A stretch of 61,537 bases of DNA, filler included, from Diploschistes diacapsis (taxonomy: Eukaryota), in the NCBI GenBank assembly GCA_023645945.1. It is 5 parts of 5 records of this genome, joined end to end, with 100 filler letters (N's around TTAATTAATTAA, not from the genome) between each part and the next. Parts side by side here need not be neighbours in the genome. Positions count along the whole stretch, not along the records: positions 49,336 to 61,537 come from JALAIB010000763.1; 4 more parts are not named here. One strand, written 5' to 3'. A model generated the notes under the pieces. That model did not search any database, was not told the DNA's origin, and was given only the letters and a program-made list of their open reading frames with translations. The position numbers and the translations under genes are program-made. Each line of letters opens with the position of its first letter. The stretch's first letter is position 1. Of this stretch, positions 51,047 to 60,794 are shown in pieces.

Positions 51047-52575
51047 ACGCATAGCAAATACTACCTGTGTCTTATTTCGGAGTGGATGAGATTGACGCGC
51101 ATTACTTATATAAAGTTGCGGCGGACTTTTCGACCTGTTATCGCCTTATACCGCTGCGTGTAAACCTAATAAGCTATCATATAGCCAGTCTGGCACTTTG
51201 CGCATTGCCGCTTGGTCAGCAATTATGGTGCTCCATTCAATACACGGGGCGGATCTGTGCCTTTGGCATGCATTTTGCATTCAGTCGCAGATGCACCTTT
51301 TATATCCAGAGCCGGGTTGCCCGAGCGCCTTGGCAGACGGTTGACGAAAGCTTTCTTGCGCGACGTCCAGAGCTTTGCAAGGAGAAAGATTCAAAGATAG
51401 GACCTCGCCGGCCCAGCGGCTCGGAGCCGAAGCGACGCATTGTTCTTCTCTGGGACCAGATCATGAAGAAATTGGTGTGCAAAGATTTTTGACAATAACA
51501 TGAGGAACTAGTTCCCCTATACCGACGCGGTCTGGAGCCTGCAACGCCCCGACCCTGCCCCTTCGTGCTATGGCCATGGCAGTGGATCTATCGAACGAAA
51601 GGGAGCGAAAGATGGTCCTGGTGGTGAGCTGCACCGGGGCACTAAAGCCACAACCTCGAAAATCACAACAGTCGCCAGCAGTTTGAAGACATCATTCACA
51701 ACGTCGGCAACGACGCTTCAAGCGAACTGCGCCGGCTAATGACCGTTATGCGCATAACGGACGATCAAGCTCGCATTGTCTCTCAGGGCCATAAGCTGCA
51801 GTGCTTGCGGTAGCTTATCTTATTCACAACATCGGTGCGAGTCAACCTCGCTTCGGCGATTTCCTACCGACTAAGCGAAGGAAGGAGAAGGAGAAGGAGA
51901 AGGTTCAGCGCCAGATATTGAGCGGAGAGGGTACGGAGATGAATGATGGGAGGCTAGCCTTGATTCTAGAAATGCGTAAGAACTAGAAGGCGAAAGCCAG
52001 GAAGCAAAGGCACCAGCAATACATTAATGGCGACCCGGCACCTCTGGCACGTCACGCCGAGGCTAGAGGTCGAGCTAAAAGGCTGATTGCAGCCAAGTAC
52101 GTGATGTCTTCTGGGCCTAGGGTGATGAAGAGGCGCAACGCAGCATAGTAAATGCGCTCTGGGGTCTGATGAGCGTCCTCCGTCTGTTTCGTTCCGTGCG
52201 TATATAGCAAAGCCGTCTCTTTAGTCCCAATTTAGATCTGGTCCAAATCTATTGCGATGCGCTTATGACCATGATAATGGAGTGAGGTCGAGGAAGCCGC
52301 AGCCCTGGAGGTAGCCATAAGTCCTTTGGTGAGATCAGCGAGATAAAATTGTTTTCAATCATGATGCTACAGCGAGGTTGAGATTATCTCAGTCAAAAAG
52401 GCCGCCGCGGCACCGCATTTAGAAAGTCGATGGCTGTATGAATTGGCTGCGACATCTACCAGAGGAGAAGGCCATTTTCCCTTGTTCTTCATAGTAATGA
52501 TGTATGGCGATCGGAGATGATTAGAAGGTGCCTAAGCTAAGGTTCAGCATCACCTTTGCTGTAGTGAATAAATAG

Positions 52576-52823
52576 TAGCCTACGCTCCACAATAGCTTGG
52601 GGGCCTACGGGCCTACGCTTGCTCTGCGGTAGCCTACGCTCCGCAATGGCCTGGGCTTCACAATAGCTTACGCTTTTCAGCAGTCTACGCCTTTCAGCAG
52701 CCTGTGCTCTACAATGGTCTACGCTCCATAGTGGTCTACGCTCTTTAATAGCCTGCGCTCTTTAGTGGTCTACGCTCCATCATGGCCTGCGCTCCACAGT
52801 AGTTCACGCTTTCCAGCAGTCTA
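52576..52823. repeat. Degenerate 17-bp minisatellite (consensus ~TRGYCTACGCTCYACAR)
   Basis: 11 contiguous 17-nt units 52630-52816 plus a partial unit and a detached copy at 52576. Confidence 0.88.
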
Positions 52824-53268
52824 AACATCCATTATTGCCTCCAAAAACGGAGGCAAAAAAAGCTACCAGCGGCATACCATTTTATCGACCGTTACCGCTG
52901 ATTATTCTTGTAGAAGTTGTTATCGCCGTAGGCCCTTCAGACAAGAGCTCCTGTAGCCTGATACACATTGTTCCTTATGCTTCCGATTCGTCTCCCTCTC
53001 TAACGATCATAAGTCATGGTCAGCCTTCAAATCATGCTCAGAGAGGGTGACTGTCCAAGTCTTTGTTCGTTCCTGATCAGAGAAACTTAGTCTTCAAATG
53101 AAGCAACGTGACTAAGAACCCAACAGGTAGATCGCGTGACATAAATAAGCTTCCTTTCTGGATCTGGATTACCCAAGACCTGGCCAACCAATTGCTGGCC
53201 GCTATATCTACTCGGGAGCAGCTACGTAACTATTTTTGGCTTCTGAAGCGGATTTGCGTCTGTCCTTA

Positions 53269-53478
53269 ACGTGTTTCACCACGAAACGGATTATCCCACG
53301 AAGCGGAACACAATCCCTGCACCTTCGTAAAGTGTATTTCTTAAAGGCCGAAGAACGGGGTATTGTGGTTGAGAACAGATTTAGCTTCGTATAAATATGG
53401 AAGCGCTCGATCTAGCGCAATTACATTATAATGTAGTGTTCCGCTTTATGGTGTGTTCCGTTGTGTGGTGGAACACGT
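53269..53478. mobile_element. Older copy of the MITE B family (210 bp)
   Basis: TA|ACGT...ACGT|TA, imperfect TIRs; shares CCCACGAAGCGGAACACAATCCCTGCA, AACAGATTTAG and CAATTACATTATAATGTAGTGTTCCGCTT with 25380-25588. Confidence 0.88.
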
Positions 53479-54344
53479 TAGCGTCTGTCCTGTGTTATGA
53501 TTCATTTTCCTAGTTTATAATTCATCTCTCTTATTTCTCGTCTTAATATCATCGCGTTCAGGAATATGCAGCTAGTGGAGGTCTGGCGCAGCATGAGCGA
53601 ATAGGAGATCCGACCGACCTTAAGAGCGAAATTGCTCTAGATCACGGTGCAGCATATGGCTATTGGGTGAAGGATAGATAAGATACCTTAGCAAATTTAA
53701 GATGGAATGACTCGGATCTTGAAGTTTGGTGGGGAACGGAGAAATGGTGATCACGATAGCTACTAGTGGAGAAGAGGAGCCAAAAATGGAGCATGTGTTG
53801 TAACACTGAAATCATCCAGGAACAGTGTCCTATGAAGGATATCGACATAGAATGCTAATTTTGAAACGAAGCCAGAAACGGAGCCTGGGGAAAAGTGAAG
53901 ATAACAATGTCTCAGTCAGGCAAGGTTGCGTTATCTCTGCGAAGATCCATGCCGCCGGCGAACTCCTGTCATCTCTTCCACCGCTCCGGTGAGCTTTGGA
54001 TAGTAGCTTGCCGAGGCTGGTAGATAATCCGTCTGGAGCCTTCAAACGATTTACGGACTAAAGTTCACGACTATAGAATTGCTAAATAGCATATGGTGGA
54101 TTTGAAAGATGTAATCAAAAATGTATCCCTAGACGCAGTTTCCGAATGGGCTTTGACTGCCCTTGGGAGATACCCCTTTCTTCATCTTTCGGTTGTTCGA
54201 AAGTAAGTTGTCGAGAATAAGGCAGGCCGTGAGGCAGATGTAAAATTCAAGGTCAAAATCTGTGAGCATATCTTGCATACTAATACACTAAGGTTTGACA
54301 TGGCGTTCGCGAAGCTGGCCAACCATCAGACACAATCTAGCCTT

Positions 54345-56114
54345 TTATTTTGCCCTATGCCAAGCTGCATTAGCATGCCTTTTGGAAACTCCTTGAGGTT
54401 TTGCCGAGTTCATAGACTTTGGGCCAGCGCGGGCTCGCCTGGTTTGAGATTGGGGGTAACCGTTGCGTGGATTCACAGCAGCAATCTTTTTGCGCTCGAC
54501 CTCTTCTTCCAAACGTCTGCTTCTTCGGGGAGGTACAGGAGATGACTCAGTCGAGGCTGAAGGGAAATTGAGGTCAGTTAAGGGCGGTTGAGCATTGGAC
54601 AGCAACTCGGAGACCTGTCGTCGTCGTTGAGGACTGGGTTCTCTCTTCCTACGAGCCTTGGACACCTTCGATAGATGAACGGGACCAAGGACATTGCGCT
54701 CTATTTGTGGAGGCTGCTCTTGTCGGCGCATCCGCTTCGGGGAAGAGCGAAAATCCTCTTGAGTTTCCTCAAGGCGGCGTCCTGAGTTGGTTGCGACAGG
54801 GGAGTGGTTGGCATCGTTATTCGGCATTTTTATAGAATTCGTGGTCGAAGGAAGCTCTTCTGGAGATGTTTTCAGGCTATCAAACAATGGAACATGATTT
54901 AATTCAGTAGGAGACGGAGGCCTGAAGATATTTTGTCTGAGATGTGCTCTTCCGCTTCCATATCCGTTGCTCTCGAGTGTAGCCGAAATACCGGGAGCCT
55001 GTGGCCGCTGCTGAGGCGCGTTGAGTGTGCAAAATGCTCCCTGGTTTGGCTCGGTATCGAGAAAAGGCTCGAATATCGACCTGGGAGGTGTTTTCCTTGT
55101 TCTGTGTCTATCACCGTCGAGCGAATCCGTCTGGACAGAGACAGCATCATCCCCCATCTCCTCACGAAGCATCTCTTTGAGAGGCTTCTCATGCTTCCAC
55201 GACATCCCAGGCAGTACACCCCACTTCTCATTCCAAACTCCTTTCTTCTTCCAACTATCCTTGACCATCTCATAAGCCATTGTGTTTATGTCGGGAGGGT
55301 CTGGAATGCTGGTCTGAGTCGTTGACTCGTTGTAAGACCATCCAGTCTTTGCCAATGCTCGAATGACGGTTTGCACGTTAAGATCGGAGGAACCTATGAC
55401 GAAGGATTTGGGAGCATTAATTACTTCTTGAATCCATTCACGTTCTTTCGAAACTTGATAGACAAATTGGTGGAATGGACGTGAAGCCTCACGTTCGCGC
55501 TCCTGTAGAAGCCGTCGTTCTGCGATACGTTGCAGCTCCGAAGTTTTTTTTGGTCGCCGCGGTTTTGCCTTGGCTTTCGAATGGAGGAAGGAGAAAGGTG
55601 GCTTTCCTTCTACTTCCAAATCAGTCTCTGATTCGGACTCAAGCTCCTGCGGTTCTTCATGCTTCCAAAGCCCGCGAGGCCTTCCACTCCCAAATGAACC
55701 CTCGGTGTTCCAATTCTTGCTCCAGATGCCCTGCTCGATCCAGCGCTTCCTAATACTCTCCTCCGCGAGCTGGTAGAATTCTATACCGACTGGCACACAG
55801 CGTATTCGTAATCCACCTGCTTCGATAATCCGTTCTCTTTCGTCGTTTATCTGCGCCTCGAATTGGTTGGAAGGGAACGATGCTCGATGCTCCCCTATGA
55901 GCCGCCATTTACGTTCCTCGCGGCGTTGCTGTTCCTCGCTTGGCGGATTAGGACTCTGGGATAGGGTCGAATTGTGTGATTGGTAAGATTTGTACGATGG
56001 CGGTGACTCGCTGAAACGTCTCCTTGCACGATTGAGTCGCTCTGGATCTTCAACAAGTGCTGCCAGAGCTGTGTGAGCCCTATGCAGCCCATCTCCTCGA
56101 ATGCTATCGGCCAT
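54345..56114 (-). CDS. Hypothetical 589-aa protein with duplicated W-x3-G[IV]W-x3-W...WKHE.P motif
   Basis: Intronless long ORF; KRWIEQGIWSKNW..LWKHEEP and DSWKKKGVWNEKW..SWKHEKP; basic, low-complexity C-terminus. Confidence 0.8.
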   Translation of the reverse strand: MADSIRGDGLHRAHTALAALVEDPERLNRARRRFSESPPSYKSYQSHNSTLSQSPNPPSEEQQRREERKWRLIGEHRASFPSNQFEAQINDERERIIEAGGLRIRCVPVGIEFYQLAEESIRKRWIEQGIWSKNWNTEGSFGSGRPRGLWKHEEPQELESESETDLEVEGKPPFSFLHSKAKAKPRRPKKTSELQRIAERRLLQEREREASRPFHQFVYQVSKEREWIQEVINAPKSFVIGSSDLNVQTVIRALAKTGWSYNESTTQTSIPDPPDINTMAYEMVKDSWKKKGVWNEKWGVLPGMSWKHEKPLKEMLREEMGDDAVSVQTDSLDGDRHRTRKTPPRSIFEPFLDTEPNQGAFCTLNAPQQRPQAPGISATLESNGYGSGRAHLRQNIFRPPSPTELNHVPLFDSLKTSPEELPSTTNSIKMPNNDANHSPVATNSGRRLEETQEDFRSSPKRMRRQEQPPQIERNVLGPVHLSKVSKARRKREPSPQRRRQVSELLSNAQPPLTDLNFPSASTESSPVPPRRSRRLEEEVERKKIAAVNPRNGYPQSQTRRARAGPKSMNSAKPQGVSKRHANAAWHRAK

Positions 56115-56544
56115 GGTATTTTTTTTTTTTTTTGCGGATAATGAATAGAACAGAAGAGGCAGGCGGGATGGGAAAACATGTTAAAATATGAAAGAAGGGA
56201 GGAAATCATGTCGAAGCGAATTTCGTGAGCTGAATGCGGTGTTTCTGTTTAGGGGCGGCAAGTCAACAAAGCAGAAATATGATTTACAGCATTCTCCACA
56301 ACAAGTCTGTGCTCTAAATCGAATGACTCTGTATAGCGCGCGGGATGGATGCACGTCCACAGCGCCGCCGCTGCAGCATTTACAATGCATAATTAATAAA
56401 AGAGAGAGCTCTCTCCAAAGGACGAGATGGTTTCTTTTATTTCTGCCAGCATTCATTTCCCTTTCTTCGCTTGGACCCATCATTATCATGGCACTACACG
56501 TCTTTTCTTCATTCTAGTGGATAGTTGGATCCCATCACCAGATA

Positions 56545-58314
56545 ATGCGTCGTCCCGAGCATTATCCTTTGGCCTTATTCTCCCTGGTATCCAAAAATGA
56601 GCGAGCCAAAGCAGTCCTTGCCCACCAATGCAACAAGCATCTCGTCTCATATCTAGAAGATGGTACACTTGCTCTCGACATTGGTCATGTCCGCTCAAAG
56701 TCCGGGGATACTACCCTCGCAACGTTAGGACGCGGTGACACCGACGTTTTTGTAGAAGGCTCCGGCATCGCGAAAGTTCAATGTTCATTTGAGCTTAACC
56801 TGGATACGAAAGTTGTTATGTTCTACGACAGATCGCACAGCCAGTCAAGTCAAGTCTTTGGCCTTAATGCCATGCCTTTTGAGTCTATACGACCTCGTAA
56901 GGTTGTTGTGCAAAACAACGTGAACGCTATCATTGACATGGGTGGTGAGGGTCGAAATCTCGTCCAATTGGAGCTGAAGTGGCATTACAGCACCACTAAA
57001 GCGATGGAGATGATCCAGGATCGGGAGAATATCACCTTCGGCTACGAACAAAATCCCCGCCTTGCTCGGACCATCGATGAGGCGGACACCGTTGTACCGT
57101 CTCGGCGGGAGACGAGACCATACACGGCAGGACTCGAGCAATCGAGGCTACGATACGCAACAATTGTTGAGCTCGGATCTGGGCAATTTGGAAAGGTATT
57201 CAAAGCCGTTGACGTGGACTCAGGCAGGCTCATGGCTGTTAAGATATTAAAACGGCCCCCGGGAACATTGGAGCAAGAGTGGAGGGTGTCGTTGTGTAGT
57301 ACGCTTAAGCATGAAGTGGATATCCTTTCTGGGCTTAGCCATGTGAGTGAGAAACCTTCACATCTAAGATATGTAGACTGATATCAGTGCCAGCCTCACA
57401 TTGTCGATTATATTACATCGCGTGGCTGGAACGAAGGCGAAGTGGAGATATTTATGGGTCTAAAAGAAGGGACCTTGCAATCGTTGGTTGAAGATGGCTG
57501 CCCCACCCCTATTATCGACCTGGGCCAAACTGTCATTTATCACATGCTTCAAGCAATCGATTTCCTTGCGGTAAAAGGCATCGTCCATCGGGATGTGAAA
57601 CCGGAGAACATTCTTTATACATTCAGGCAAGGCCAGTACCATTTCCAGCTTGGAGATTTTGGCCTCAGCAATCGTCAGGCTATTGCAGCAACTTTTGCTG
57701 GTAGCCTATTATACATGGCTCCAGAAATGTTCCAAAGCGGGAAGCAGACACACAAAGCAGACATTTGGTCCCTCTACGTTACCATGTTGTGGACAATGAA
57801 TGTGGAGGGATTCCGTGACGCTTCGAAGAGCTTTAAGACCCTCAGTGATGCTCAAACAGCAGTCTTGTCTGTGGCTTCAAAGACGAAGTCTATCGCAGCC
57901 ATACAGGAAATGGCAAGGATCAACCCAGAGGAACGTGCTTCTGCAGCACAGATGCTTGTTAAATGTTTTAATGGGCAGGGACTTACCACTCTGCGAAATC
58001 AGGTTTTCCCTCTGGTCGGACCTGAAAAAGCTGATAGCAGAGCTTCAGCTTATCCCGCCCCAAGATATGAAGAACAAAGAGGTATTCGAAAGAACGTAAA
58101 CCTGCCTACAGCTGCGAACCGGTTCTGTGTCGAAAAGGCCCGATCTCCTCAAGCACAACCAAGACGACCAAGACAACCGGCTGGTCCAACTGCCGAAAAG
58201 CGTCCACGCCAAATTGGTACCAGGACTTCAATAGGCCGTCGAATACCTGGTGCTTTCCCCGTTAACGGTATTGATACTTCGCCGGAAGCACGCCGACGAA
58301 TAAGATTTACTTGA
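56545..58314 (+). CDS. Ser/Thr protein kinase with N-terminal FHA-like domain (one intron ~57343-57393)
   Basis: TLGRGDTDVFV..IAKVQCSF..FYDRS (FHA-like); GSGQFGKV, MAVK, HE, HRDVKPEN, DFG, YMAPE, DIWSL, ERASA all intact. Confidence 0.9.
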
Positions 58315-59399
58315 AAAGGTTACGCAGGGCCTGGTCGCTTTCATGTAAAGCATGTGTCTCAAGCCTGTTGATGATTGTATATACTTCAGATCTAAGCATC
58401 CTTTCAGCTGTAACAGAGGATCTCAATCGTGTTGCTTACTACGCTCTTGCCGCTGACCTTTCTGTGAAGGCGTAAAGTATGCTATTTATGCTCTATCAGA
58501 CGCCCATTCCCTTTACTCGGCAAAGCTGAAAATCAGAACCACATTGGTGCAGTTTACTTGGGCACAAACACTCTTCTGTCTCGCAATAAGTTATCGAGAG
58601 TATGGACGGTAGTCGGCGCTAACCAACTAGGCAGTAGAGCACAAATGATGATCCATAGCACCTAGAGGCCTTTTTTAGAAACTTGCAACGGATTGGCCGG
58701 CAATCTGCTGCTGCAGCAACATTTACTGTGCACAGTTAATAAGAGAGAAAGCTCTCTTCGAAAGATGGATGCAATCGTTTCTTAGCCTCATCATTACCCG
58801 AAGAAATACTCGGTCGAATTCGTGAACGTCCGAACTCAGCATTATTAGCACCGGCACTGCCGCGACACTTGTTCAGACTTGTGCTCAAATCAGAATGGCG
58901 CCTGTCATGGATCGATTACGAATTCCTACAATGTGCCCAGGCTGATCGATTTTAAAACTCATAACCGGCTTGCGAATCACAACCTATAATTAGTGTATCA
59001 ATGCCATCAAATGTCCCCATGATTTACTTTGCTCCTTACGCTGACTGACGTGACTCAAAAGATTCCATCTTCCACCCATCCACCTTACTCAGCCTACTCG
59101 TAAAGAACCTTATCTTATACCCTCTAGCTGCGATCTATAAGGCCGATGCAGCGTGATCCGTCCCTGCGCCATCTCGCCATCCTGCGGCGGGACGAAGGTA
59201 TAAATGGAACTAAAGGTCGGGATCACGGAGAATCGCAGTTCTGTTATAGTTGTTACGAATGCCGACCAATTCATAGATCCCCGATCCTCTGCTTTAGAAA
59301 AAAGGGTTGAGAAGATCGAGAGGGTGGAACGTTTGATATTAAATACCTGTAGTGGCTTGAGATCAGTAGTGGGAGCTGTGGATTCTGGCTGCGGCGCTA

Positions 59400-60110
59400 C
59401 GTCCTAGAGGGATGAATGTGTCGGACGAGTCTTTTCCTTCTCCCGCCGCTGTTGGATGACGACTTTGCTGTCTGGCTCGGTGGTGGTACCCTGAAGAGCC
59501 GCGGATGTGGATGTTTCTGTTATTGGTGCTATATTCTTTTTGAGTGAAACCTGTTTCTCTCTGTATTTCTTCTGGACGTCCGCGATGCAACTTTTAATAA
59601 GATCCTGGTAGAGAGACCCCAGCGTAGCCCCTGAATTATCGATAATAAACTGGTTAAGCGATTGCTAAGCAGCTTCGGCCATGTCGGGCTCTAGAAGATT
59701 GCCAACCGGGCCGGCGTAAGCGGAAAGATCGACCTGATAATTTAGAGGATTTATTTCTGCGTTTAGATTTGCGGCGCGAGCAATGAAAAGCCGTCGTTTG
59801 GTTTGATTGGCGGGTGGCAGCTTTAGCGATGCGGAAAGGGGTTGTATAAAGCTAACAATGATCGCTAAGTTGCCTAACGCATCCAATTCCCGCTCGCTCA
59901 TGCCATCTCGCTCTATGGGGGACGATTGCCAAAGCTCGTCGAGTTTCACGATTCTTTCCGTAACCTTGAGTGAGTTGGTGGTAGGATGGCAAAGCTGTAA
60001 GAAGTAGGTCAACTGGGAATTTCCGGGTGGAAGATTGTTTGGATTGACTTTCTGGTTGATGCGAGCGACGCCGTTATCGTAGGTATCGGAGAGTAGCGAC
60101 AAGTGCTGTT
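59400..60110 (-). pseudogene. Fragment of a decayed fungal hypothetical gene
   Basis: Protein-like ORF 59665-60102 (..ELDALGNLAIIVSFIQ..VDLSAYAGPVGNLLEPDMAEAA*) continues past the stop as QSLNQFIIDNSGATLGSLYQDLI and, frameshifted, IQQRREKEKTRPTHSS; no start or N-terminus. Confidence 0.6.
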
Positions 60111-60529
60111 GTGAACCATCTTAAACATAACGCGCTAATCTGAATTAATTACTATAACAAGAAATTAAATATCTAATCATATATTTCGTTCATCGATAAA
60201 AATAATAAAGGCTGCCCCTGATTACCCCAATGCTAAAACATAGCATCCAGCGGGCTACTAGGTCACACTAGTCCTAGAAGGTCCACAGAAAAAGATTCAA
60301 CGAAATTGATCTTGATGTTTGAACCTGTATCTGATCTAATAACTTGTTCCCCTACCCGATCTAGTCCTCTGCTCGACCAGTTCCCCTACTTGACTAGTTC
60401 CCCTATTTCCCTACGACCATGTCTTTTATGACTAGCTCCCCTACTTTCCGTCTCTGTAACAAGCTCTTTTCCCTGAGAGGCCTTTCTGCGCACATCATCT
60501 TTGCGCCGTCTTCTCTTTTCAGATCTTTC

Positions 60530-60794
60530 TTATAGATCTTTTGGCTGTATCCATCGCGGCAGTGGATAGGCACGGTTCTGTAACATTAGTCACAGTATCA
60601 AAAGGCTTAGCTAGGACTTACAATATCTTCTTTAGAAAGCCAAAAAAATCATCAGTCTGATAGATAGAGATCTTGGCTTTTCTACGAACAAGTAGAACTA
60701 TCTCGGTACCGTCTAGTTTCGCTAGTTCATCACATTTAGTATTAAATGTAATCGATTTTCTGTTGAATGACTGTGTCTGCGGCGTTGAAGGCAT
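60530..60794 (-). pseudogene. Small MADS/SRF-box-like gene, frameshifted
   Basis: MPSTPQTQSFNRKSITFNTKCDELAKLDGTEIVLLVRRKAKISIYQTDD, then a frameshift in a T run to WLSKEDI, GTAAGT..CAG intron, exon 2 NRAYPLPRWIQPKDL*. Confidence 0.6.

Noticed and set aside
52576..52823. CRISPR-like appearance of the short repeat array
   Set aside because: Units are contiguous with no unique spacers, there are no cas genes, and the DNA is eukaryotic.
59080..59120. TTAC-containing sequence as a possible Starship boundary
   Set aside because: A 4-mer alone is uninformative; no partner boundary or captain gene is visible.
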